Below, piece by piece: positions 53,515 through 64,000 of a DNA stretch of 64,000 nucleotides. The stretch is taken from assembly GCF_963921235.1 (NCBI RefSeq), contig NC_086101.1, positions 12,092,001 through 12,156,000 of the forward strand, in the 5' to 3' direction. The position numbers and the translations under genes were made by a program. Source of the stretch: Mobula hypostoma. Lineage: Eukaryota. Position 1 is the first letter of the stretch. Each line of letters opens with the position of its first letter. The notes under the pieces are model-generated. The model made no database searches. It saw only the letters and a list, made by a program, of their open reading frames with translations, and was not told the DNA's origin.

Positions 53515-55203
53515 CTGGCAAAACAAAAGGGCACAACAGTGACTGACGGTGACACCTGATCCAATCCAACGAGACACGAGTATCAAGGACTGGCAGCAGA
53601 GTGGTACAGGAGTGCGAGTCACTATATCACACTGATGTGGTGATCAAGGAAGCCCATCAGTGTTTGTACTTGAGAACATAGAACATGACAGCACAGTACA
53701 GGCCCTTTGGCCCATGATAGTGTGTCAGCCTTTTAACATAATCCAAGATCAATAAAATCCTTCCCTCCCACATAGTCCTCCATTTTTCTTCTATCCATGT
53801 GCCTATCCAAGAGTCTCTTAAATGCCCATAAGACCATAAGGTACAGGTGCAGATGTAGGCCATTCGGCCCATCGAGTCTGCTCCGCCATTTAATCATGAC
53901 TGATCCAATTCTTCCAGTCATCCCAACTCCCCTGCCTTCTCCCCATGCCCTTTGATGCCCTGGCTAATCAAGAACCTATCTATCTCTGCCTTAAATTCAC
54001 CTAATAACTTGGCCTCCACAGGCACTCGTGACAACAAATTCCAGATTTACCACACTCTGACTAAAGTAATTTCTCCGCATCTCTGTTCTAAATGGCCATC
54101 CTTCGATCCTGAAGTCATGCCCTCTTGTCCTAGACTCCCATCCCATGGGAAATAACTTTGCCATACCTAAACTGTTCAGGCCATTTAACACTCGGAATGT
54201 TTCTCTGAGATCTCCTCTCATTAACCTGAACTCCAGAGAATACAGCCCAAGAGCTACCAGACGTTCCTCATATGGTAACTCTTTAATTCCTGGAATCATT
54301 CTCGTGAATTTTCTCTGAACCCTCTCCAATGTCGGTATATCCTTTTAAAATAAGGAGCCCAAAACTGCACACAATACTCCGAGTCTGGTCTCACGAGTGT
54401 CTTATGGGGCCTCAACATCACATCTGAGCTTCAGCTTGCCCACGAGGACTCTCTTGAACTTCCACAGAAGAACTCTAAGTACCCTGACCAGTTGAATCTC
54501 AGCCTGACATGGCAACTGCTCTGCCCTGGAACAAATGAAGCTGCAGACAGTGGTGAACACTGCCAAACCTTGCTGCTTCCTTCCATTCCACCCATCTTCA
54601 GTGTGTCATTCCCTTGTCCCTTCTCCATCTTCCAGAAGAACACAGAGGCACTAGCCTCCCCAGCATCGAGGACATCTTCAAAAAATGACGTCTGAAAAAG
54701 GCAGCATCCATCACCCAGCACATGCCCACTTCTTAGTGCTACCATTAGGAAGGAGGTACAGGAGCCTGAAGACACATACTCAAAGATTTATGAATCCGCC
54801 ATCAGGTTTCTGATGGGATAAAAAACCAACCCATAATCACTCACTCGATATTTTTCCTCTCTTTTTGCGCTACTTATTTAGTTTAATTTCTTACTGTAAA
54901 TTATATATTTATTATGTACTGGATGTACTGCTTCAACAAAACAAATTTCACTACAAGTGCCAGTGATAGTAACCGATTCTGATTCTGAGCTTTAAAACCT
55001 GAATGAAAAAGCTGATGAACTGCTATCATACGGAGTTTCTTCCATATTCCCTTCCTAGCCGTGCTGCCACTTTTTCAGTCTCTTTATAGTTCTACTTTAA
55101 TCTTGCTCAATGCACTGGCAGTAATTTGATCTGTATGAAGAGTATGCCAGTCAAGCTTTTCACTGTACCTGGTGCATGTGACAGTAAAAAAACAATTATC
55201 AAT

Positions 55204-55520
55204 GCAGGCTGAGTACCCCTTATCTGAAATTCTAAATCCAAAATTTTATTTTGAGCACTGACGATGCCACAAATGGAAAAATGGAAAACTGCGCAAAGCG
55301 CTGGGAAGGTTCCCAAGCAATGCACAGATCTCTGTGCACCACAGACTGCTGAGAAGTGACCACACAACAGAGGTTAATGGAAAATAGAACAACACTGCAT
55401 AAAACGAAAAGTGAAGATCTCAGTCGTGTATTGAAAGAGTGGATTCATCAGCGTCGCAGTGAACATATGCTGATCATGGAACAAGCAAAAATCAATCTTG
55501 GTGAACTGAAAATTGAAGCT
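55204..55520 (+). mobile_element. Tigger/pogo-type transposon remnant (TIR plus CENP-B HTH fragment)
   Basis: CAGGCTGAGTACCCCTTATCTGAAAT end; EDLSRVLKEWIHQRRSEHM...IMEQAK...ELKIE. Confidence 0.7.
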
Positions 55521-56632
55521 AATTGTTTCATTCACAAAATTAATAACATATAAAACTACCCCACACCCCCCCACCGCCCCGGAACAGGTGGCTGTTTGAA
55601 ACTGACAGCAGATGTGAAGCCAATCAGCGCTGAAACCCGATAATAGATGCAGTGAGAGGTGATCATTCAACTCTGACAGTCTGAGGAGGCCCCAGCTCCA
55701 TCACGCCAAAATGGGGTGATCTTAAATGAATTATTTACATCTATATTTTCTCAGGATACGGACCGAGTCTATGGAAGTGAGGCAAAGCGGCATCAACTTC
55801 ATGGACCCTATACAGATTACATAGGTGTTTGCTACCCTGGGGCAAATCAAGGTGGATAAATCCCCACGGCCTGACAAGGCGTTCGCTTGGACCCTATGGG
55901 AGGCAACTGCAGAAGTTGCCAGGGCCCTAACATTGATATTTAAATCATCTTTAGCGACAGGGGAGGTACCAAAGGATTGGAGAATAGCTAATGTTGTTCT
56001 GCTGTTTAAAAAGGCCCTAAACAGAAACCAGGAATTTATAAGCCGGTGAGTCTGACATCAGTTGCTAGAAACTTATTGGAAGGGATTGGATAAATGAGCA
56101 TTTGGATAAACATAAACTGATTAGGGATAGTCATCATGGCTTGGTGCGTGGTTGGGTCATGTCTTACCAATCTTAAAGAGTTTTCTGAGGAAGTTACCAG
56201 GAAAGTGGATGAAGGCAAGGCAATGTATGTTGTCTACATGAACTTTAGTTAGGCATTTAACAATTTTCCACATGGGAGGCTGGTCACGAACGTTCAATCT
56301 CTCAGCATTCAGGAGGAGGTAGTAAATTAGATTAAACATTAGCTTTGTGAGAGAAACCAGAGACTGGTAGTAGAGGGTTGCCTCTCTGACTGGAGGCCTG
56401 TGGCTGGTCGTGTGCCGCAGGGATTGGTGCTGTGTCCCTTGTTGTTTGTCATCTGTATGACACCAAGATTGTTTACCATGCGAGTCTCACATGTTATCAT
56501 GAGACAGGGATGTGCAGGCAGCTTCTTCCCGAACTGGCTACACGTTCCCACCTCAGCAATTCCCCCCTTGTTTATCACGGTTGGAAACAGTGCTGTGTGC
56601 TGTCTGTGACCACGGTCAGTGGCCAGGCCTAC

Positions 56633-56768
56633 CTGCACCCTGCTGCTCAGCTGCTCCTTCTCCTGCCGGGCTTCTTCCAGCTGCTTCTCATCCGGCACCA
56701 GTTGTCCGATGTAGGTGCGGAGTTGTCGGATCAAGGAGCCTTGGGATTCCAGCGTCCCTCTGGCTTTA
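56633..56768 (-). CDS. CCHCR1: CCHCR1 coding exon (first in window; upstream exons lie outside the window)
   Basis: ttgcag acceptor, gtagg donor, 136 bp; encodes KARGTLESQGSLIRQLRTYIGQLVPDEKQLEEARQEKEQLSSRVQ, which resembles the recalled CCHCR1 segment 'LEAQVTLVENLRKYVGEQVP'. Confidence 0.9.
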
Positions 56769-56831
56769 CTGCAACAGTAAAGAGGAAGAAGGTGGTTTTA
56801 TTTAATCCCACCTCAGGAAGCTCAGACACGT

Positions 56832-58477
56832 CTGAGCGAAATACATGTTAGTAGGGAAGTGGTGTTAGGTAAATTGAAGGGATTGAAGGCAGATAAATCC
56901 CCAGGGCCAGATGGTCTGCATCCCAGAGTGCTTAAGGAAGTGGCCCAAGAAATAGTGGATGCATTAGTGATAATTTTTCAAAACTCGTTAGATTCTGGAC
57001 TAGTTCCTGAGGATTGGAGGGTGGCTAATGTAACCCCACTTTTTAAAAAAGGAGGGAGAGAGAAACCGGGGAATTATAGGCCGGTTAGCCTAACGTCGGT
57101 GGTGGGGAAACTGCTGGAGTCAGTTATCAAGGATGTGATAACAGCACATTTGGAAAGCGGTGAAATGATCGGACAAAGTCAGCATGGATTTGTGAAAGGA
57201 AAATCATGTCTGACGAATCTCATAGAATTTTTTGAGGATGTAACTAGTAGAGTGGATAGGGGAGAACCAGTGGATGTGGTATATTTGGATTTTCAAAAGG
57301 CTTTTGACAAGGTCCCACATAGGAGATTAGTGTGCAAACTTAAAGCACACGGTATTGGGGGTAAGGTATTGGTGTGGGTGGAGAATTGGTTAGCAGACAG
57401 GAAGCAAAGAGTGGGAATAAACGGGACCTTTTCAGAATGGCAGGCGGTGACTAGTGGGGTACCGCAAGGCTCAGTGCTGGGACCCCAGTTGTTTACAATA
57501 TATATTAATGACTTGGATGAGGGAATTAAATGCAGCATCTCCAAGTTTGCGGATGACACGAAGCTGGGTGGCAGTGTTAGCAGTGAGGAGGATGCTAAGA
57601 GGATGCAGGGTGACTTGGATAGGTTGGGTGAGTGGGCAAACTCATGGCAGATGCAATTTAATGTGGATAAATGTGAAGTTATCCACTTTGGTGGCAAAAA
57701 TAGGAAAACAGATTATTATCTGAATGGTGGCCGATTAGGAAAAGGGGAGGTGCAACGAGACCTGGGTGTCATTATACACCAGTCATTGAAAGTGGGCATG
57801 CAGGTACAGCAGGCGGTGAAAAAGGCGAACGGTATGCTGGCATTTATAGCGAGAGGATTCGAGTACAGGAGCAGGGAGGTACTACTGCAGTTGTACAAGG
57901 CCTTGGTGAGACCACACCTGGAGTATTGTGTGCAGTTTTGGTCCCCTAATCTGAGGAAAGACATCTTTGCCATAGAGGGAGTACAAAGAAGGTTCACCAG
58001 ATTGATTCCTGGGATGGCAGGTCTTTCATATGAAGAAAGACTGGATGAACTGGGCTTGTACTCGTTGGAATTTAGAAGATTGAGGGGGGATCTGATTGAA
58101 ACGTATAAGATCCTAAAGGGATTGGACAGGCTAGATGCAGGAAGATTGTTCCCGATGTTGGGGAGGTCTAGAACGAGGGGTCACAGTTTGAGGATAGAGG
58201 GGAAGCCTTTTAGGACCGAGGTTAGGAAAAACTTCTTCACACAGAGAGTGGTGAATCTGTGGAATTCTCTGCCACAGCAAACTGTTGAGGCCAGTTCATT
58301 AGCTATGTTTAAAAGGAAGTTAGATATGGCCCTTGTGGCTACAGGGGTCAGGGGGTATGGAGGGAAGGCTGGGTTCTGAGTTGGATGATCAGCCATGATC
58401 ATAATAAATGGCGGTGCAGGCTCGAAGGGCCGAATGGCCTACTCCTGCACCTATTTTCTATGTTTCTATGTTTCTAT
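56832..58477 (+). mobile_element. 5'-truncated young CR1 with an uninterrupted RT frame (56859-58379)
   Basis: [38 protein letters not shown] tail. Confidence 0.93.
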
Positions 58478-59613
58478 CACATAAGATAAGCGTTAGCGCT
58501 ATTTGCCGCATGTTGTGTGCTTCGAAGCGTACAGTGAACTGTATCGCTTCGTATCAAATTAAATCAATAAGGGGTCCGCTGGGGGCAGCCTACAAATGTT
58601 GCGGTGCTTCCAGCTCCAACGTAGCATAACGACAACTCACTAACCCTAACTGTGCTTCTTCGGAAAGCGGGAGGAAGCCAGAGCACTTGTAGGAAATCAC
58701 CCAGTCGGGGGAGACCATTAAAACCCCTTACAGACAGCGACGGGAACTGAACCCCGATCTCACAGCCGGTACTATAAAGCATTGCACTAACTGCAGCGCT
58801 GCTGTGTTATTGAGTGTGAACTATAGGAAGGCAAAGTCGTGAGAACACACCAGTCCTATGTCAAGCGTACCCAAGAAGGCACGCACAAAAATTTTGTTGG
58901 CAGGCGACATGCAGGGCTGCTGCTCATTTCTTTAAATTCCACCCATAATATAAAGATACACAATGATTATAATAAAAAGATAAACAATTATAATATAAAG
59001 ATACACAATAATTATCTTTACTGCAAATGATTATAAAGATACACAATGATGATCTTTACTGCCAATTGAAGCAGCAAATGATTTTTTACAACCCGAGAGT
59101 AATGAGATATCTTCACAGGAAACGTCTCACACCGGCTCAGCACCAGCTACATGGTTGCGAGAATGTGTTACATTAATGATACATTTTTAAACTGGTGTAC
59201 GCATCAGTATTTGGACAGTAAACTGTGGCTGACAATATTATTCAGAAATGAATAGTCTTTTTAAAGGACAAATGTTAATAAATTTTGAACAGATTTGTTT
59301 TAAGAGCCTCAATTATTTCAATCTGTCTGTTATACTTTCATTCATTGTAAAACAATGAATATGCATAAATAAGCAACAGGAATCATCTTCGTTCCTTAAA
59401 AAGTTTTTAATTAATATTACTAGTTCATTAATCAATGATAATTTTTGCATAAAGTTTAAGATGATCTTTATTGTCATATATACTTCAAAACAGACAGTGA
59501 AATGGATTTAAACGCAAACAACAGGAATTCTGCAGATGCTGAAAATTCAAGCAACACACATAAAAGTTGCTGGTGAACGCAGCAGGCCAGGCAGCATCTG
59601 TAGGAAGAGGTGC

Positions 59614-59649
59614 AGTCGACGTTTCAGGCCGAGACCCTTCGTCAGGACT
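59614..59649 (-). ncRNA. Minimal type I hammerhead ribozyme in the pseudo-LTR
   Basis: Minus strand reads AGTC-CTGACGA-AGGGTCTCGGCCT-GAAAC-GTC-GACT: full core, stem I AGTC/GACT, GUC cleavage triplet. Confidence 0.85.
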
Positions 59650-59945
59650 AACTGAAGGAAGAGTGAGTAAGGGATTTGAAAGCTGGAGGGGGAGGGGGAG
59701 ATGCAAAATGATAGGAGAAGACAGGAGGGGGAGGGATGGAGCCGAGAGCTGGACAGGTGATAGGCAGAAGGGGTTACGAGAGGATCATGGGACAGGAGGT
59801 CCGGGAAGAAAGACGGGGGGGGGGGGGTGACCCAGAGGATGGGCAAGAGGTACATTCAGAGGGACAGAGGGAGAAAAAGGAGAGTGAGAGAAAGAATGTG
59901 TGCATAAAAAAGAGTAACAGATGGGGTACGAGGGGGAGGTGGGGC

Positions 59946-62900
59946 CTAGCGGAAGTTAGAGAAGTCAATGTTCATGCCATCAGGTTGGAGGCTACCCATA
60001 CGGAATATAAGGTGTTGTTCCTCCAACCTGAGTGTGGCTTCATCTTTACAGTAGAGGAGGCCGTGGATAGACATGTCAGAATGGGAATGGGATGTGGAAT
60101 TAAAATGTGTGGCCACTGGGAGATCCTGCTTTCTCTGGCGGACAGAGCGTAGATGTTCAGCAAAGCGGTCTCCCAGTCTGCGTCGGGTCTCACCAATATA
60201 TAAAAGGCCACATCGGGAGCACCGGACGCAGTATATCACCCCAGTCGACTCACAGGTGAAGTGATGCCTCACCTGGAAGGACTGTTTGGGGCCCTGAATG
60301 GTGGTAAGGGAGGAAGTGTAAGGGCATGTGTAGCACTTGTTCCGCTTACACGGATAAGTGCCAGGAGGGAGATCAGTGGGGAGGGATGGGGGGGACGAAT
60401 GGACAAGGGAGTTGTGTAGGGAGCGATCCCTGCGGAATGCAGAGAGAGGCGGGGAGGGAAAGATGTGCTTAGTGGTGGGATCCCGTTGGAGGTGGCGGAA
60501 GTTACGGAGAATAATATGTTGGACCCGGAGGCTGGTGGGGTGGTAGGTGAGGACCAGGGGAACCCTATTCCTAGTGGGGTGGTGGGAGGATGGAGTGAGA
60601 GCAGATGTACGTGAAATGGGGGAGATGCGTTTAAGAGCAGAGTTGATAGTGGAGGAAGGGAAGCCCCTTTCTTTAAAAAATGAAGACATCTCCCTCGTCC
60701 TAGAATGAAAAGCCTCATCCTGAGAGCAGATGCGGCGGAGACGGAGGAATTGCGAGAAGGGGATGGCGTTTTTGCAAGAGACAGGGTGAGAAGAGGAATA
60801 GTCCAGATAGCTGTGAGAGTCAGTAGGCTTATAGTAGACATCAGTGGATAAGCTGTCTCCAGAGACAGAGACAGAAAGATCTAGAAAGGGGAGGGAGGTG
60901 TTGGAAATGGACCAGGTAAACTTGAGGGCAGGGTGAAAGTTGGAGGCAAAGTTAATAAAGTCAACGAGTTCTGCATGCGTGCAGGAAGCAGCGCCAATGC
61001 AGTCGTTGATGTAGCGAAGGAAAAGTGGGGGACAGATACCAGAATAGGCACGGAACATAGATTGTTCCACAAACCCAACAAAAAGGCAGGCATAGCTAGG
61101 ACCCATACGGGTGCCCATAGCTACACCTTTAGTTTGGAGGAAATGGGAGGAGCAAAAGGAGAAATTATTAAGAGTAAGGACTAATTCTGCTAGACGGAGC
61201 AGAGTGGTGGTAGAGGGGAACTGATTAGGTCTGGAATCCAAAAAGAAGCGTAGAGCTTTGAGACCTTCCTGATGGGGGATGGAAGTATATAAGGACTGGA
61301 CATCCATGGTGAAAATAAAGCGGTGGGGGCCAGGGAACTTAAAATCATCGAAAAGTTTAAGAGCGTGAGAAGTGTCACCAACATAGGTCGGAAGGGATTG
61401 AACAAGGGGTGATAAAACAGTGTCGAGGTATGCAGAAACGAGTTCCGTGGGGCAGGAGCAAGCTGAGACAATAGGTCGGCCAGGACAGGCAGGTTTGTGG
61501 ATCTTGGGTAGGAGGTAGAAACGGGAAGTGCGGGGTGTGGGAACTATAAGGTTGGTAGCAGTGGATGGAAGATCCCCTGAGCGGATAAAGTCGTTGATAG
61601 TGTGGGAGACAATGGCCTGGTGCTCCTTAGTGGGGTCACGATCGAGGGGTAAATAAGAGGAGGTATCCGCGAGTTGTCGCTGTGCCTCGGCAAGGTAGAG
61701 GTCAGTACCCCAGACTACAACAGCACCCCCTTTATCAGCGGGTTTAATAATAATGTTAGGATTAGTGTGGAGGGAGTGGAGAGCAGAGCGTTCCGAAGGA
61801 GTGAGGTTGGAATGGGGACAAGGTGCGGTGAAGTCGAGACGGTTGATGTCCCGTCGGCAGTTGGCAATAAAGAGATCCAGAGCAGGCAGAAGACCACAGC
61901 GGGGTGTCCATGAAGAAGAGGAGGGTTGAAGACGGGAGAAGGGGTCATCGGTGGGGGTGGAAGAGTCCTTGCCGAAGAAGTAGGCTCGGAGACGGAGACG
62001 GCGGAAGAAAAGTTCTGCATCATGGCGAACACGGAACTCGCTGAGGTGTGGGCGAAGGGGGACAAACGTGAGGCCCTTACTGAGAACAGAGCGTTCTGCC
62101 TCCGACAGTTGAAGGTCGGAGGGGATGGTAAAGACCCGGCACGGATGAGAGCTGGGATCAGAGGGGGGAGGGGGGAGGGTGGGGGTGTCAATGGAGAGGG
62201 GAGGGTTGGGGTGAGAGGAAGATGGAGCCTCTGAGGGCCCAGGAGTTGACGGTGGGATCTGAGGAAGACGGGGCTGCGGAGTGGTGGTGGGGGAAGGGGA
62301 GACGGGAGTCACAACAGCAGCACATAAAGACCCGGCCTGGAGTTCAAGGCTGGAGTCGCAGTTGGTGGTTGCGCGATCGCTTTGAATGTCTCCATGGTCG
62401 TTGCTGGAGTCCAGGTTTTGAATATGTCCTGAGGTGTTGGAGCCGCCGAGATCAACGGCAGGGGCCGCAACCGAAAGTTCATGCCTGCTAGCGTCGGGGC
62501 CGGCAGGCTCTGGAGTCCGTAGATGTAAGATCTTGCGATCTTTGCCTAACATGACAAAGTCAAAGAAACGGCGATTGCAGGCGTGGATCCGACGGAGGAT
62601 GAAATAGCGGGTAGGACCATTACAGACGGCGAAGAAAGTGTCCCGAAGGTGTGGAAGGGTCTGGGATAGGGACACCAAGTACCTCCTCATGGCGGAGAGC
62701 GTCGCCTTCAGAGCTTGACGGGAGAAGCGGCGAGAGGCAGAGTCAATGAAATGTGAGTACCTGGGATCCTCAGAAGGTCCAAATTGAGAGGCTTGGAAAC
62801 GAATCCTAAAGCCAACTGGAGTAAGTTGGCGACGGAGGCACGTTCCAAGAAAGGATACATGGCTGTGATAGCGAGTTTGAGTGAAAGTCTGGTCGAAAAG

Positions 62901-62996
62901 TTGAAGAGCCGAAGAAATCACAGATGGGGAGCAGTGAGAGATGGTTTCACTGAACTCCCGTCGAAGAGAGGATCTAAACTTCTTCGGTGTAGGCAT
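59946..62996 (-). CDS. Penelope-like polyprotein, 1016 aa from MPTPKK: N-terminal domain, P/S-rich linker, RT, Cys-rich linker, GIY-YIG endonuclease
   Basis: Motifs IKPADKGGAVVV, FYLLPKIHK...PGRPIVS, MDVQSLYTSIP, GVAMG, RYINDC, LPFLD, CKRNKCYTC, VIYCVRCSRCGLLYIGET; no stops. Confidence 0.93.
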   Translation of the reverse strand: MPTPKKFRSSLRREFSETISHCSPSVISSALQLFDQTFTQTRYHSHVSFLGTCLRRQLTPVGFRIRFQASQFGPSEDPRYSHFIDSASRRFSRQALKATLSAMRRYLVSLSQTLPHLRDTFFAVCNGPTRYFILRRIHACNRRFFDFVMLGKDRKILHLRTPEPAGPDASRHELSVAAPAVDLGGSNTSGHIQNLDSSNDHGDIQSDRATTNCDSSLELQAGSLCAAVVTPVSPSPTTTPQPRLPQIPPSTPGPSEAPSSSHPNPPLSIDTPTLPPPPSDPSSHPCRVFTIPSDLQLSEAERSVLSKGLTFVPLRPHLSEFRVRHDAELFFRRLRLRAYFFGKDSSTPTDDPFSRLQPSSSSWTPRCGLLPALDLFIANCRRDINRLDFTAPCPHSNLTPSERSALHSLHTNPNIIIKPADKGGAVVVWGTDLYLAEAQRQLADTSSYLPLDRDPTKEHQAIVSHTINDFIRSGDLPSTATNLIVPTPRTSRFYLLPKIHKPACPGRPIVSACSCPTELVSAYLDTVLSPLVQSLPTYVGDTSHALKLFDDFKFPGPHRFIFTMDVQSLYTSIPHQEGLKALRFFLDSRPNQFPSTTTLLRLAELVLTLNNFSFCSSHFLQTKGVAMGTRMGPSYACLFVGFVEQSMFRAYSGICPPLFLRYINDCIGAASCTHAELVDFINFASNFHPALKFTWSISNTSLPFLDLSVSVSGDSLSTDVYYKPTDSHSYLDYSSSHPVSCKNAIPFSQFLRLRRICSQDEAFHSRTREMSSFFKERGFPSSTINSALKRISPISRTSALTPSSHHPTRNRVPLVLTYHPTSLRVQHIILRNFRHLQRDPTTKHIFPSPPLSAFRRDRSLHNSLVHSSPPSLPTDLPPGTYPCKRNKCYTCPYTSSLTTIQGPKQSFQVRHHFTCESTGVIYCVRCSRCGLLYIGETRRRLGDRFAEHLRSVRQRKQDLPVATHFNSTSHSHSDMSIHGLLYCKDEATLRLEEQHLIFRMGSLQPDGMNIDFSNFR

Positions 62997-63724
62997 CACC
63001 GGAAGAGGCTTCGCAGTAGTGAATTTAAACGCAAACAACAGGCTACACATGCCCTTACACTTCCTCCCTTACCACCATTCAGGGCCCCAAACAGTCCTTC
63101 CAGGTGAGGCATCACTTCACCTGTGAGTCGACTGGGGTGATATACTGCGTCCGGTGCTCCCGATGTGGCCTTTTATATATTGGTGAGACCCGACGCAGAC
63201 TGGGAGACCGCTTTGCTGAACATCTACGCTCTGTCCGCCAGAGAAAGCAGGATCTCCCAGTGGCCACACATTTTAATTCCACATCCCATTCCCATTCTGA
63301 CATGTCTATCCACGGCCTCCTCTACTGTAAAGATGAAGCCACACTCAGGTTGGAGGAACAACACCTTATATTCCGTATGGGTAGCCTCCAACCTGATGGC
63401 ATGAACATTGACTTCTCTAACTTCCGCTAGGCCCCACCTCCCCCTCGTACCCCATCTGTTACTCTTTTTTATGCACACATTCTTTCTCTCACTCTCCTTT
63501 TTCTCCCTCTGTCCCTCTGAATATACCTCTTGCCCATCCTCTGGGTCACCCCCCCCCCCGTCTTTCTTCCCAGACCTCCTGTCCCATGATCCTCTTGTAT
63601 CCCCTTCTGCCTATCACCTGTCCAGCTCTCGGCTCCATCCCTCCCCCTCCTGTCTTCTCCTATCATTTTGCATCTCCCCCTCCCCCTCCAGCTTTCAAAT
63701 CCCTTACTCACTCTTCCTTCAGTT

Positions 63725-63760
63725 AGTCCTGACGAAGGGTCTCGGCCTGAAACGTTGACT
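63725..63760 (+). ncRNA. Minimal type I hammerhead ribozyme in the inverted pseudo-LTR
   Basis: AGTC-CTGACGA-AGGGTCTCGGCCT-GAAAC-GTT-GACT; triplet is GUU. Confidence 0.8.
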
Positions 63761-64000
63761 GCACCTCTTCCTACAGATGCTGCCTGGCCTGCTGCGTTCA
63801 CCAGCAACTTTTATGTGTGTTCAGTGAAATGGATTGTCTGTCAACGACGAGCTGTGCTGAGGGTAGCCCACAAGAGCTGCTATGCTTCCAGCGCCACAGC
63901 ATGCCCACAATTTACCAACTCTAATCTGTATGTCTTTGAAATGTGGGAGGAATCTAGAGTACCCGGAGGAAAACCACATTGCCACGGGAAGAACATACAG

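Larger units (their letters stand above)
59509..63821 (-). mobile_element. Full-length Penelope-like retroelement (Neptune type) with inverted pseudo-LTRs
   Basis: TSD CAGTGAAATGGATT at 59495-59508 and 63822-63835; RT plus GIY-YIG ORF; inverted repeat 59553-60334 / 63042-63821. Confidence 0.95.

Noticed and set aside
62997..63050. ORF-track start (MCSLLFAF...) of the 1034-aa protein
   Set aside because: That ATG lies in the inverted arm across the junction at 63042, so it is probably a rearrangement by-product. The ATG at 62996 is the more plausible start.
63104..63430. Separate 108-aa GIY-YIG nuclease gene
   Set aside because: It is the inverted duplicate of the Penelope ORF's C-terminus.

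Overview
This is eukaryotic vertebrate DNA, not prokaryotic. The repeat content (CR1/HER1-type LINEs, V-domain and Deu-domain SINEs, Rex/Babar LINEs) points to a cartilaginous fish, probably a ray; that assignment is inference. One host gene is present. Thirteen minus-strand coding exons (56768 down to 18628) have GT-AG boundaries and matching phases, and splice into the C-terminal ~542 aa of CCHCR1 (coiled-coil alpha-helical rod protein 1); its 5' exons lie beyond the right edge. Almost everything else is nested transposable elements. The most notable is a young, full-length Neptune-type Penelope-like retroelement (59509-63821). It has a 14-bp target-site duplication (TSD), an uninterrupted RT plus GIY-YIG ORF whose YxDD motif reads YIND, ~780-bp inverted pseudo-LTRs, and a minimal hammerhead ribozyme in each pseudo-LTR. 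About ten related hammerhead-bearing fragments and tiny hairpin derivatives, some with 12-15 bp TSDs, are scattered through the window. One of them is split inside the ribozyme core by a full-length CR1. Also seen: an in-frame RT-deleted, endonuclease-only CR1; a composite element bracketed by two palindromic Tc1 mini-MITEs (two copies); a hAT nested in a hAT that used a cryptic end; and a 51-bp minisatellite. Family names come from motif recognition, not database searches. Penelope hammerheads are a known class, so I see no clearly new biological system, but several local arrangements may be undescribed.
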